The notes under the pieces: generated by a model
The model's database searches: none
Told to the model about the DNA's origin: nothing
The model's input: only the letters and a program-made list of their open reading frames with translations
Shown here: positions 30,363 to 40,979 of the stretch, piece after piece
Layout: each line of letters starts with the position of its first letter
Numbering within the stretch: position 1 is the first letter of the stretch
Program-made: the position numbers and the translations under genes
Assembly (NCBI GenBank): GCA_002840365.1
Contig: PHAO01000001.1
Span: 85,101-149,100 of the forward strand
Length of the DNA: 64,000 nt
Direction of reading: 5' to 3'
Source of the DNA: Candidatus Dojkabacteria bacterium HGW-Dojkabacteria-1
Lineage (GTDB): Bacteria > Patescibacteriota > Dojkabacteria > SC72

Positions 30363-32079
30363 TAACTTTTTGTTCGAAATATTTCTTTGGATTTGTTATC
30401 TTGTATTTTGTTAATTCTGCATCTTTGTATACATCGGAATCTAGAATCATTTTTGAAAGTTTTGTTCCTTCTGGTCTTGTATATACCGCCCATGCTGTTG
30501 CGAAGAGCAGTATTCCTATTGCTATCCTTACGAAGACATTATCCAAAATACCTGTACTTGGAGTAGTTGTTGGAGTTGTAGGAATATTGTTACAGTCCTG
30601 TGCAACGATGATTGTTGTTTCTGCTCTTAGACTTGCAGGATCTTCAGGTATTTGGACAGGGTTAACTATTACTTCGTTAAGATTTTCTCCAGTTAGAGCT
30701 GTACTATTTGCTTTAGCTTTGAATACTACAACTAATTGTCCACCTGTTGGAACATTCCATGGATTATTCGATTGTTGCCATACGATTTCTTGGGTAGACC
30801 CTACGGTAGTAACTGTAACAACAGAGCTGTCATTTACAGCAGAACCATTTATTGTAGAACTACCAGCGATATATTCAAATCCTAATGGCAATTTATCTTT
30901 AATAGAGGTAATACCTTCTTCTTGTTGAGCATTGTTTCTTACTGATATGGTAAAGGTAGCTTCATTCTTGCTATCAACTCTTTCAACACATGATGGAGCT
31001 CCAGTCTTGGAAGCGGAGAAATTAGATTTTTCCTCTTGCTGTGCAGGAGGTTGTTCAACTATTGGTGCTTGTATTTCAGGGAAGTTTACTTCTGTTTTTA
31101 CGACTCCAATACTTACATCATCAACAAATACTTCTGCAGTAATTTCCAAATCACCTGTATGATTATCAAGTATGCTAAATGATTGACCACCAGCAAAGTT
31201 ACTATTGTCATACAAATTAGCTTTTGTTAAAGTAATCGTTCCTTTTGCAGATTCAACATTAAAACCATCTTGTGCAATTATTGTTGCAAACCTTGTACCG
31301 AAAGAGAAACTTACCTTAACATTCTCACTAGCTATTTGTCCTACTGTGATAATGACTTGAGATATTTTTGTTCTTCCATCGCTTTGTCTTTCAGTGGAGG
31401 CTACCAAAGAGTTGGCACCAACTCCTCCCTCTCTTTCTATTTCAACGACTCTTCTACAGATAATGGAGTTTATAGAGTCTCCTCTACTGTCTGTTGCGGT
31501 AGCAAGTATTTCTAATGAGTCACCACTGCCAAAGTCTGTTATCTTTTTAAATATCTTTGTTCCCTCTGTTCTATCTGGTTGTTCTGATTGGGTATTTACT
31601 CTAAATGTATAGTCTTTGTAACTGTCTCTATCAAATTCTGCTTCAACATTTACTTCGTCATCAGGATTAATTTTCCCGGTTATTAACTTTCCATCTTGGT
31701 CAGTAAGAATCATACTTTGGCATCTTGCATCAGAGATACTTCTTACATTACAGCTCTTGTATCTTTCAACTGCTGTAGAGCTTTTTAATACATATTCAGA
31801 AAGTAAATCAGTATTACATGTAACATTACATGCTTGATCGGAAGAAACAGTTTTCGTATCGAAAAGGATAGCTTTTTTCGGATCTCCACAATCATTAACA
31901 ACAGCAGGGTCGATTATATAGCATCCACAGGTAATTTGATCACTTCTTTCATCTTGGCGAATTGTATCCCCGAGCATATAAAAATATATGACTGCCCCTA
32001 TTAAAGCTACTATTAATATTGCACCAACGAAAACTAAGGCTTTAAGGGCTCTTTTTGTATTTCTCCTTTGTGTGCTCAT
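30346..32079 (-). CDS. Large cell-surface protein with N- and C-terminal hydrophobic anchors
   Basis: N-terminal TM, about 480 aa of beta-rich/Cys-containing ectodomain, Thr/Pro-rich stalk (TTPTTTPSTG), then a C-terminal hydrophobic segment. Confidence 0.45.
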   Translation of the reverse strand: MSTQRRNTKRALKALVFVGAILIVALIGAVIYFYMLGDTIRQDERSDQITCGCYIIDPAVVNDCGDPKKAILFDTKTVSSDQACNVTCNTDLLSEYVLKSSTAVERYKSCNVRSISDARCQSMILTDQDGKLITGKINPDDEVNVEAEFDRDSYKDYTFRVNTQSEQPDRTEGTKIFKKITDFGSGDSLEILATATDSRGDSINSIICRRVVEIEREGGVGANSLVASTERQSDGRTKISQVIITVGQIASENVKVSFSFGTRFATIIAQDGFNVESAKGTITLTKANLYDNSNFAGGQSFSILDNHTGDLEITAEVFVDDVSIGVVKTEVNFPEIQAPIVEQPPAQQEEKSNFSASKTGAPSCVERVDSKNEATFTISVRNNAQQEEGITSIKDKLPLGFEYIAGSSTINGSAVNDSSVVTVTTVGSTQEIVWQQSNNPWNVPTGGQLVVVFKAKANSTALTGENLNEVIVNPVQIPEDPASLRAETTIIVAQDCNNIPTTPTTTPSTGILDNVFVRIAIGILLFATAWAVYTRPEGTKLSKMILDSDVYKDAELTKYKITNPKKYFEQKVIRGKK

Positions 32080-32161
32080 GTAAAGGCAGTCTTAGGTATA
32101 TTAATAGGTATCCTTACAATAGAGTTTATGAGAATAGGGATATAGATGTCAATTAATATAT

Positions 32162-33088
32162 CTATAATATAGTACAAAGTAGTGTAAGTCCTAATTTGGG
32201 TTCTATTCTTCCAACCTTTATTTCATAATCAAGACTTGATAATTTCTCATATACTGTCTTAATTTTCTCACTAGTATATCTATTTGCAGAGCTTACTATT
32301 GGTCCTACTGTAAAGGGAGGAATTTTAAGTACTGAAGCAATCTCAGAATATGAGGAGCCTTTTTCAATCATATATTTTGCCATAGTTCTCAACCTAATAT
32401 TCCTTACAATCATTGAAATGATGTAATTTGGATCAACTTCTTGTTTAAAAAGATTTTCTAGTATTAAGAGAGGTTGTCCATTTTCTGAATTTATTTCATC
32501 TAACAATTTCCATATATCTTCTTCAAGGGTATTAGGGTAGAGCTCTCGTATATCTTCTTCAGAGATAGAGTCGTTGTCTAGAAGTTTAAGTTTCTTAATA
32601 CTGTTCTCAAATCTTTCTGTGTCGTAATTTGAGTACTGTATTAGTAAATCAAGTGCATTATTATTTATATTAATATTTTCACTATTTAGAATACCTTTTG
32701 CCCATGATGCAAAGGTTCTTTTGTTTAATTTTGTGTACTCCTCCAGTAGGTTCTTCTGTTTAAAGAATTTAACATATTTTGTTACAGAGCTTACTTTCTG
32801 ATCTTCCCAAAGTACAATGTAATCAGTTGAGTTAGAATCTAAATATTCTAGAAGAAAAGTAATTATTGATTCACGTTCCTTGTTCCTATACACCCTCTTA
32901 AGAAATATTACTCTTTGGGTATTAAAAAGAGAGTTTGAAGAGAGTATGTCTATTAAATCTCCCGCTTTGATTTTTTCAGCATCCATGGAGATGTATTCAA
33001 ACTGACTTTCATCACGAAGAGTTTTTACGAATTTTTTAGCTTCGGTGAAAGAGAGATATGTTTCGTTGCCTATGTATAGTTTGTACAT
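32162..33088 (-). CDS. holA: DNA polymerase III delta subunit-like (HolA)
   Basis: N-terminal YIGNETYL…LFNTQRVIFLKRV pattern typical of delta subunits; 308 aa. Weak call. Confidence 0.5.
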   Translation of the reverse strand: MYKLYIGNETYLSFTEAKKFVKTLRDESQFEYISMDAEKIKAGDLIDILSSNSLFNTQRVIFLKRVYRNKERESIITFLLEYLDSNSTDYIVLWEDQKVSSVTKYVKFFKQKNLLEEYTKLNKRTFASWAKGILNSENININNNALDLLIQYSNYDTERFENSIKKLKLLDNDSISEEDIRELYPNTLEEDIWKLLDEINSENGQPLLILENLFKQEVDPNYIISMIVRNIRLRTMAKYMIEKGSSYSEIASVLKIPPFTVGPIVSSANRYTSEKIKTVYEKLSSLDYEIKVGRIEPKLGLTLLCTIL

Positions 33089-34500
33089 TACTGTTGAGAT
33101 ATTTGTATTTCTTTACCAAAGAGTATAGATATATTTTCCCCTCTTAGATTTGTTGTTACAAATTCTGGTTTTGTAGTAGATGCAGTCTTAAGGTATTTTG
33201 AAAGTGCATCTACAGAGTATCCATACTCTTCTTCCTTATTTGAAAATACATACACACCTTCCTTATCATTATACAGATTCCCAATGAATCTAATATTCAT
33301 ATATTTAAACTCTTCTCTTAATTCCTGTGCTATTTTATATGTTTCCTGGTATCCTAACCCTGCATTGTAAATGTATATGGAAGGATTTTCAGAATACAGT
33401 TGTGGATTTTTAAGGAGTAATTTTACATATTCATTTATCTTTGTGTATTTACCTAATCCTTCTATTGGTCCTATTGCATAGGCACCTGTATTTACTACAT
33501 TCTGGCTGGTAATTAATGAAGAATTACCAGAGGAAGGGTCAAGTACGAAAGAGTAGGTATTCCCATTCTCTTCTTTGAAGGTCTTGAGTATATTTATACC
33601 TGCTTGTATATCATCTATGGTGAATTCAGATATCTTAATATTGTTCTGTATTGCACTCATTAAATCCATTACCTTCTTTGGATTGAGTAGAGTCTCTGAG
33701 CTTAAAACTGTATCTCTAAATGATGCTATTACGTTTTGTTGTCTTCTTGCTCTTGCGAAATCAGAACCCTCATTGTTATGCATAGAGTGTCTTGATCTTG
33801 AGTATTTCAATGCGGTATCACCGTCCATTAATTGGGGACCTGCTTTAAATGTTACTGTTTGATATCCTACACCTTTTGGATACATATAGTCTGTAAAGCT
33901 ATTTTCTACATTTACATATACACCCCCTACAGCATCGATAAGTTCTGTAAAGCCCTTGTAATCAATCATTGCATGGTATTGTATCTCCAAAGTTGTTATT
34001 TCCTCTGCAACATCTTTTAGTGCTTCAAGACCTGATCCTTTGCTTCTTTGTTCATTTACTGCATATACAGAATTTATTCTATTAAACCAATATTTCTTTG
34101 GATCGGTTTGTACATGGAAATCTCTTGGTATGGAAATCATTATTACATCCCTAGTCTCATAGTTATATGAGGCAACGATAATTGTATCAGTGTTCATTAG
34201 GTTCCCTGCTTCTCTTGTATCTATTCCTACAAGTAATACATTGGTGTATTTTCCTGTACTATCTCTTTTTAGCTCAGGTTCTTTTTTAGGTTGTAAAATA
34301 TTTCCTGGAGAGAATTGAAAACCAATATCGCTTGATACTTTGTATCCTTTGTAAAGTAAGTATCCACCTGTTGTTACTACTGCTACTAGTACTATAGCTA
34401 GTAAAAGACTTAGAAGTGAGGGCTTCTTTTTCTTCCCCATGGTAGTTGGAATCCTTCTTCTGTTTAATTCTTTGTCACTCATGTTTATAGATACTTCCAT
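33088..34500 (-). CDS. LytR-CpsA-Psr (LCP) family protein
   Basis: N-terminal TM; NVLLVGIDTRE…NTDTIIVASYN…VIMISIPRD core LCP motifs. Confidence 0.8.
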   Translation of the reverse strand: MEVSINMSDKELNRRRIPTTMGKKKKPSLLSLLLAIVLVAVVTTGGYLLYKGYKVSSDIGFQFSPGNILQPKKEPELKRDSTGKYTNVLLVGIDTREAGNLMNTDTIIVASYNYETRDVIMISIPRDFHVQTDPKKYWFNRINSVYAVNEQRSKGSGLEALKDVAEEITTLEIQYHAMIDYKGFTELIDAVGGVYVNVENSFTDYMYPKGVGYQTVTFKAGPQLMDGDTALKYSRSRHSMHNNEGSDFARARRQQNVIASFRDTVLSSETLLNPKKVMDLMSAIQNNIKISEFTIDDIQAGINILKTFKEENGNTYSFVLDPSSGNSSLITSQNVVNTGAYAIGPIEGLGKYTKINEYVKLLLKNPQLYSENPSIYIYNAGLGYQETYKIAQELREEFKYMNIRFIGNLYNDKEGVYVFSNKEEEYGYSVDALSKYLKTASTTKPEFVTTNLRGENISILFGKEIQISQQ

Positions 34501-34517
34501 GGGCAGAGTTATGTAAA

Positions 34518-35516
34518 TTATCTAAGATATTTTTGAATGTTTTGGTTATGTTCTGCGAGTGTTCGGGCAAAATGTACTTGTCCAGTATTGTCATGTATAT
34601 AGAAGTAGTAATTATTCGCTTTTGGATTTCTTACTGCTCTAATTGCTGCTAAACCAGGATTGCATATTGGTGTAGGAGGATAACCTTGTCTCTTATATGT
34701 ATTATATGGATTATCATCCTGTTTGTCTCTTTCTGTTATTGGTGCTTTCCAATCTTTCTTTGGATACAGTAATGTTGCATCTATTTGTAAAAGCCATCCC
34801 TCTGCATATCTTCTCTTTATCAAGTCAGCAATCATAGGTCTATCTTCTGATGTGTATCCTTCTCTTTCAACCATGCTTGCAATTATGATATCTTCGTAAG
34901 TGTCTGTTAAGCCAACCTTGTTTTTAAAGTTTGTAAGCATTATTCCAATTACACTCTCTGTATCTGCTGTAACAGTAAAGGAATATTTGTCTGGAAAAAG
35001 ATAACCCTCTAAATCAGTTAATTGATATGGGAATCCCAGTCCACCAATGAAGGTTGTGTCTGTTGTTAATCTCAAGAATTCGGTGGAGGAGAAATTCGGG
35101 TTATTAACTTTCTCAAACTCGTTAGCTAAGATATTTGCAATTTCATCCTTTCTTAATCCCTCGGGTATTGTAACCCATACGGCTTGCTCTTTTGATGATT
35201 GAATCATTGAAACTAATTCCTTTATATTCAAATTTTTAGGGATATCATATACACCTGCTTGTATTTTAGGTGCTAATTCATTAATTCTAATATATACCTT
35301 GAAGTATGTAGTCCAATTCTCTTTAAGTACTCCTGCTTCTACAAGTTTTTTAATTATTGTCTCTACTGATGCTCCCTGCTCAATCTCTACGGTTATCTTT
35401 TCTGAGCTATCACTATTTGGTCTTTCTATTGCAGAGTCATAGTTAAGTTTTATAACTACTGTTGCTATCAACACCGTTATTAATGCAAGAAAGAATATTT
35501 TAACTATGGACTTCAT
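34518..35516 (-). CDS. mltG: Endolytic murein transglycosylase MltG (YceG-like)
   Basis: N-terminal TM; YceG-like domain with C-terminal …GYPPTPICNPGL…YYFY…HFARTLAEH. Confidence 0.8.
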   Translation of the reverse strand: MKSIVKIFFLALITVLIATVVIKLNYDSAIERPNSDSSEKITVEIEQGASVETIIKKLVEAGVLKENWTTYFKVYIRINELAPKIQAGVYDIPKNLNIKELVSMIQSSKEQAVWVTIPEGLRKDEIANILANEFEKVNNPNFSSTEFLRLTTDTTFIGGLGFPYQLTDLEGYLFPDKYSFTVTADTESVIGIMLTNFKNKVGLTDTYEDIIIASMVEREGYTSEDRPMIADLIKRRYAEGWLLQIDATLLYPKKDWKAPITERDKQDDNPYNTYKRQGYPPTPICNPGLAAIRAVRNPKANNYYFYIHDNTGQVHFARTLAEHNQNIQKYLR

Positions 35517-35952
35517 TCTTTTGAGAATCTGAATTTAAAAATTCTTGTAAGAATACTGTTGCAGCAATTTTATCTATTTTCCCTTTTGAAGATTTAGTAT
35601 TCTGTCCTAGGGATAGTAACATATTTTGAGCTTGAGTTGTAGAATAGCTTTCATCGTAAGTAATGATAGGTAAATCTGTAAGTAGAGAAATTTTTTCAAC
35701 AAATTTTTGTATATTCTTAGTTGTTTTTGAATATTCAGATTCAAAGATTTGTGGAGAGCCTACAAGTAGGGTCTTTACTTTGTACTCTGTTGCTATATTT
35801 AGTATTTCATTGAGAAGTGAATCAATATTTCTGTTTTGTGTTATATGTAATACCTCAAGAGGGGACGCTATTATTCCTTTTGAATCTGATATTGCTAAGC
35901 CTATTCTCTTTTTACCATAGTCTATGGCAAGGATTGGTTTTTCTGTTTGCAT
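35500..35952 (-). CDS. ruvX: Holliday-junction resolvase-like RuvX/YqgF
   Basis: ILAIDYGKKRIGLAISD start; 150 aa. Confidence 0.85.
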   Translation of the reverse strand: MQTEKPILAIDYGKKRIGLAISDSKGIIASPLEVLHITQNRNIDSLLNEILNIATEYKVKTLLVGSPQIFESEYSKTTKNIQKFVEKISLLTDLPIITYDESYSTTQAQNMLLSLGQNTKSSKGKIDKIAATVFLQEFLNSDSQKNEVHS

Positions 35953-35954
35953 AT

Positions 35955-37703
35955 TTATTCTAATATTGCTTTTATTCTTTTTACACCAGCACCGACATTT
36001 TCCTGTTTAGTTATCCTAAATCTTCCAAGCTCTTTAGTATTTTTTACATGTGGACCATTACATATTTCCATAGAGTAGGGAGTTTCTTTGTTTCCTACGA
36101 AATATATCTTAACAGTTTCTCCATACTTCTCTTCAAAGGCTGCAAAAGGAACCATCTCTAGTGCTTTTTCTCTAGGATACTCCTCAAAAGTAATATCTAG
36201 AGAATCCTGAATTGCATTGTTAACAATATTTTCAACCTCTGAAATTTGTTCTTCTGTAAGTTTTTCGTTATTAGGAAAATCCAACCTTAATCTTTCAGAT
36301 GTAATATTACTACCTTTTTGGTAAACATGTTCACCTAATACTTTTCTTAAGGCAGCCAAGAGTAGATGCGTAGCAGTATGATACTTAGTAGTCATCTCAG
36401 AGGTGTCTGCAAGGCCTCCTTTAAACATTCCTGCAGATGCAGTTCTAGATTTTTCTTGATGTTCTTTCTGTGCATTTGTAAAATCCTCTTTTCCTGATAT
36501 TTCCTTTCCTTGTTCTTGAAGGATTTCTTCTGTTACCTCTAATGGTAAGCCATATGTTTCATAGAGTTGAAAAGCCTTCTTTCCATCAATCTTTCCTTCT
36601 TTTGTTAATGTTTTTTCTAATTCTTTGAGCCCATTCTCAACTGTTTTGTTAAATTTTTTTTCTTCGTCTTCAATTGTCTGAAGAATATATTCTCTTTTTT
36701 CCTCTAATTTTGGCCAAATATCTGCGAATTGTGTTATTGATATCTCTGCTATTTCTCTTGTGAAGTTTCTTCCTATTTCAAGCTTTCTTCCATGTCTTAC
36801 AGATCTTCTAATTAATCTTCTTAAAATATATCCCTGTTGAGTGTTAGATGGTACAACTCCATCCATCACAATCCACGTAGCTGCTTTTATATGATCAGTA
36901 ATTATTCTTTGTGATTTAATATCTTCTTTTTGAGAAAGTTCTCTTACTTTTGCAAATATTGGTTTGTAAATATCTATTTCATATACAGAGTTTACCCCTT
37001 GGCAAATGGATGTAATTCTTTCTAATCCCCCCCCAAAATCTACATTGTTTCTTCCTAGTGGTTTGTATTCTCCATTTTCTAAGAGGTATTCCATGAATAC
37101 ATTGTTTCCAATCTCTACAAGTTCACCATTGTCTGTTTTGTAGAATATTTCACTATCTGGCCCGCATGGTCCTCCAGATGGTAATCCCCACCAGTTGTCT
37201 TCTCTTCCTAGTGGCATGATTCTCTCTTTTTCTCCAACCTTTGCTTCGATATTGTATTTAGAAAAGATTTCTTTCCATACCTCTATTGAGGTTGTATCCA
37301 TTGGAATATTTTCTTCTCCTTTGAATACAGACCCATATATTCTGTTTATATCAAACCCTAAATCTTCAACAAAAAAATCAATTGTCATCTCAATAGCTTC
37401 TTTTTTGAAGTAATCATTTAAAGACCAGTTTCCTAACATCTCAAAAGCAGTACAGTGGAATTCATCTCCAACTTCATCAATATCTCCTGTCCTAATACAT
37501 CTTTGTGAATTTACTAATCTTTTACCTTGTGGGTGAGTTTCTCCTTTTAGAAAAGGTACAAGTGGAAACATTCCTGCATTAACAAAAAGTACAGAGGGAT
37601 CATCCTCTGGAATTAATGGTGCACTAGGTATTTCTGCATGTCCCCTATCTTTGAAAAATTGTAAATATTTTTCTCTAATTTCTTTATATGTGAAATTTTT
37701 CAT
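35955..37703 (-). CDS. alaS: Alanyl-tRNA synthetase, short form lacking the C-Ala domain
   Basis: N-terminal …FFKDRGHAEIPSAPL…FVNAGM; editing-domain HTATHLL and CNGPHV motifs; only 582 aa. Confidence 0.9.
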   Translation of the reverse strand: MKNFTYKEIREKYLQFFKDRGHAEIPSAPLIPEDDPSVLFVNAGMFPLVPFLKGETHPQGKRLVNSQRCIRTGDIDEVGDEFHCTAFEMLGNWSLNDYFKKEAIEMTIDFFVEDLGFDINRIYGSVFKGEENIPMDTTSIEVWKEIFSKYNIEAKVGEKERIMPLGREDNWWGLPSGGPCGPDSEIFYKTDNGELVEIGNNVFMEYLLENGEYKPLGRNNVDFGGGLERITSICQGVNSVYEIDIYKPIFAKVRELSQKEDIKSQRIITDHIKAATWIVMDGVVPSNTQQGYILRRLIRRSVRHGRKLEIGRNFTREIAEISITQFADIWPKLEEKREYILQTIEDEEKKFNKTVENGLKELEKTLTKEGKIDGKKAFQLYETYGLPLEVTEEILQEQGKEISGKEDFTNAQKEHQEKSRTASAGMFKGGLADTSEMTTKYHTATHLLLAALRKVLGEHVYQKGSNITSERLRLDFPNNEKLTEEQISEVENIVNNAIQDSLDITFEEYPREKALEMVPFAAFEEKYGETVKIYFVGNKETPYSMEICNGPHVKNTKELGRFRITKQENVGAGVKRIKAILE

Positions 37704-37742
37704 AGGTGATTATACCAGAAGAGATATATCTATTCGAGGTTT

Positions 37743-39599
37743 TTACAATATTGGCTCAGGAGGGGTATTGTTCTTCTCGGGTTCGTTCTGAGCATCATCT
37801 ATTTGCTCTAAAACCATTGAGAGATCACTCTCTGGTTCTGGAATAGGGGGAGTATCTAAAATCGGTTCTGGGGCAACAAAATTTTCTGTTACTAATTCTT
37901 CTACTTGCTTTTGCTGAGTATATATTGGAGCTTCTACCTTATTATCATCTCTTGGTATTGTTGGTGGGAGTGTAGGATTAATATCTTTTTTATCTTCTGA
38001 ATCATCCTTCCATACCGCAAAGATTATCATCGGGGTAAATATTGCAAGTATTATCAATGCAATTCCACCACCTATTATCATTGCAACTCTTTTGTTTATG
38101 TAATATCCAAAGATATTAAAACTATCAGGATCTCCATCTTCACCAGAAATGGTAAATGTCCAATCTTTTAATACTTCTTTTTCGGAGCTATCTTTAAAGG
38201 TTATTTCTACCTTGTGTACACCCTTACTTAAACCTTCTTCTGGAAGGAAAAGTACAGTATATTCCGAATCAGAAATCTTGTTTATTTTTATATCCTTTGT
38301 AATATCTTTGTTATCAAGTTTTACTAAAATGCTCTCTTGGATTATGGTTTCACCTATTGATGCTATGAGTGATGCTTTGATTGTAGGTCTATTATTAGAT
38401 ACATTATCTGTACTTGTAGGTGAGAAGTTTATTACCTGTGGGTCTTCCAATGCTACTAAGTCATCTGGTTCTTTACCTTCTGTTTGTCCTTTGGAAATTA
38501 CAATCTCTTCCGAGACATCCATACCTATTGCTGGAGGATTCTGATTGTCTATTGCCCTAAGTATTATTCTGTATGTTCCATCTTTGAGTTCTGTTGTATT
38601 AATATCTTGGGTTGTTGCATTGTATGGAATATTTCTGTTTATTGTTATCCAACTCTTTTCATTTGTTGGATTAGAAGAAACATACATTTCATATCTAGTG
38701 ATATGGTTTAAATCTTTAGAATCCCATGTTACTTTAAGGCTGTCTTGTTCTTTAATTACAATTGGTTCTGATGGATCTATGATTTTAATATTTGGAATAT
38801 CATTTTCTTTAGGGCTTACACTAATGACCCATGATTGTGATGCAAGGTGTCTACTATATCCATCATGAATGAAGATATTTGCTAAGTAGCTTGCTGGTTG
38901 GTCAGTGCTTCCTCTAAACTTTATTGTTAATCTTCCATTACCACCATCTTCAATTATCGTAGGTTTTAACCAAAGATTGCCAGGAGTAAACGAAAAGGAG
39001 TAGTTGATTGTATCTTTATCAATATCTTCTGCTGTCAATGTATATTCATATACATCACCCGTCTTTATACTTTGAGATGGTTTTGAGTTTTTTGGAGTTG
39101 AGAGAAATACAGGTTTTGAGTTGTTAGTTACTGCTCTTACTCCTTCAACATCAAATGTACTACTAATTACACATTCGTATGATTTTTGGTTTAAGTCCAA
39201 CATTATCCCCTTTATCTCGTAAGCTTTTGCTACAGTTGGGGTAAAAGAGAAAGATTCTGATATTCTTTGAGGGTTTCCTTCGTATGTTTTTGAAAAGAGG
39301 TCGTTGTTATTTTCATCCTTTATTGAAACTGCCTTTACTCCAAGTGAGGTTGTCATAGCATCTACTTGTACTCTGAATGTACTATTTATTTCCAAAGAAT
39401 ATGGATTAACATTAGGGAATGTAATTACACATGGGTTCTTTTCGCTTACCTCGATATCATCAAATGCTCTATTTCTGATATCAAAGCTTTCATCTTGCAA
39501 AAGCCCTATTACAAAGACAGGGATGGAGAGAAGAAGAAGAAAGGTGAGGAACAGACTCCTTCCTTTTCTACTTTTTCTTGGGGCAATTCTACTTCTCAT
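37743..39599 (-). CDS. Large cell-surface protein with He_PIG/Ig-like and FN3-like repeats
   Basis: N-terminal signal/TM. …VYEYTLTAEDIDKDTINYSFSFTPGNLWLKP… fits He_PIG. C-terminal TM followed by a Pro-rich cytoplasmic tail. Confidence 0.5.
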   Translation of the reverse strand: MRSRIAPRKSRKGRSLFLTFLLLLSIPVFVIGLLQDESFDIRNRAFDDIEVSEKNPCVITFPNVNPYSLEINSTFRVQVDAMTTSLGVKAVSIKDENNNDLFSKTYEGNPQRISESFSFTPTVAKAYEIKGIMLDLNQKSYECVISSTFDVEGVRAVTNNSKPVFLSTPKNSKPSQSIKTGDVYEYTLTAEDIDKDTINYSFSFTPGNLWLKPTIIEDGGNGRLTIKFRGSTDQPASYLANIFIHDGYSRHLASQSWVISVSPKENDIPNIKIIDPSEPIVIKEQDSLKVTWDSKDLNHITRYEMYVSSNPTNEKSWITINRNIPYNATTQDINTTELKDGTYRIILRAIDNQNPPAIGMDVSEEIVISKGQTEGKEPDDLVALEDPQVINFSPTSTDNVSNNRPTIKASLIASIGETIIQESILVKLDNKDITKDIKINKISDSEYTVLFLPEEGLSKGVHKVEITFKDSSEKEVLKDWTFTISGEDGDPDSFNIFGYYINKRVAMIIGGGIALIILAIFTPMIIFAVWKDDSEDKKDINPTLPPTIPRDDNKVEAPIYTQQKQVEELVTENFVAPEPILDTPPIPEPESDLSMVLEQIDDAQNEPEKNNTPPEPIL

Positions 39600-39616
39600 T
39601 AGATATATAATAAGGG

Positions 39617-40960
39617 TTATCTATTAGTAACTGCAAGTTGATTGTTAATATCTTTTTCAATATCTGAAAGTATTCCACTTGGTTCTTTACTGTTTTCAAC
39701 AACTTCCGTAATTGCAGTCCTCATTTTTTCTTCTACAAAGCCTTGATCACCCATCTGCCATGATTTCATGAATGGAGCCATAACCCCAATGGCTCTTGTA
39801 TATGGATTCGATAGTAAGGTTGAATTTAGGCTTACAAGAGAATATGGTTCTCCAAATGCTCTAACTTTTGATGCATTAGAAAAAAGTTCTTTCTGTTGTT
39901 GCTCCTCACTAAGGTATTTAACAAATTTCCAAGCTTCAATTGCATTCGTGGAAGTCTTACTTACTGTATCTCCCCAATACATAGAGTAGTAGACTGGTTC
40001 GTTGTTTGGTAATTGTGGTAGTGGTGCAAGGCCAAATTCAATTTGTGGTGCTGCTTCTAATATATCAAAAGCTCTCCAGCTAGGTGCAAACATCATTGCT
40101 AATTCACCTTTAAAAAAGGTTGTTAAATCATTAGCAAGGTATGATGCCCATGTTGGATTTGTTCCTGTTGCAAAACTTGTATATGTTCTTAGTGCAGAGA
40201 TTGCTCTTTCCGATGTAAGGTTAACCTCTGTTTTACTGCTGTTTATCAATGCAGCATTGTTCTGAAGCATCATGAAGGAAAGAATATCTGCTGAGTGTGT
40301 GATATTTCTTGATGTACCAATTGCCAAACCCGATATTGTAATTCTTCCAGAGCTATCCTTTTTAGTCATCTTTGCAGCTGCCTCCATAAAGGAATCCCAG
40401 TCCACAGGTGGTTCATTGTATCCGGCCTGAGAAAGTAATTGTTTGTTGTAAATAACTAGGAGACCATCTATCTCCCATGGAATTGCATATATTCTACCAT
40501 CTGTTCCAGTGAAATCCTCTGTTGCAGTGGGATAGAAGGAGTCAGAATAGTCTTGGGAGGTCATAACGCTTTGGGGTAGAGGTTCAAGATATTTTTGGAA
40601 CTTTGGTAGCCATGTATTGTTTATCCTTAAAATATCTGGTGCTGGTTCAGTAGAACTTGTAGATTGTTGTAATCTTGTATATAAGCGGCTTTCATAGTTT
40701 CGAAATGTTTGCTGAGAGTAAAGTATCTTTACACCTGGATTCTCTGATTCATATCTATCAATTATTGGTTGCATAACCTCTTCTGGTTCCCAAAGACCCC
40801 AGTATACTAGTTCTACATTTCCCCTGTTATTGTTCGGATCATCTGTGTTGTTACCGGATCTTTTGTTTCTTAGTACAATAGCTGCAATTATAGTTAAGAC
40901 TAAGAGTACAACAACAATAGTTGTTAGTAGTATTACTAATTTTTTTTGATCGTTTTGCAT
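39617..40960 (-). CDS. Orphan ABC-transporter solute-binding protein (family 1-like)
   Basis: N-terminal TM/lipid anchor; …VELVYWGLWEPEEV…IIDRYESENPGVKI… pattern; no permease or ATPase genes adjacent. Confidence 0.6.
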   Translation of the reverse strand: MQNDQKKLVILLTTIVVVLLVLTIIAAIVLRNKRSGNNTDDPNNNRGNVELVYWGLWEPEEVMQPIIDRYESENPGVKILYSQQTFRNYESRLYTRLQQSTSSTEPAPDILRINNTWLPKFQKYLEPLPQSVMTSQDYSDSFYPTATEDFTGTDGRIYAIPWEIDGLLVIYNKQLLSQAGYNEPPVDWDSFMEAAAKMTKKDSSGRITISGLAIGTSRNITHSADILSFMMLQNNAALINSSKTEVNLTSERAISALRTYTSFATGTNPTWASYLANDLTTFFKGELAMMFAPSWRAFDILEAAPQIEFGLAPLPQLPNNEPVYYSMYWGDTVSKTSTNAIEAWKFVKYLSEEQQQKELFSNASKVRAFGEPYSLVSLNSTLLSNPYTRAIGVMAPFMKSWQMGDQGFVEEKMRTAITEVVENSKEPSGILSDIEKDINNQLAVTNR

Positions 40961-40979
40961 CTAGAACATTGTACAAAAA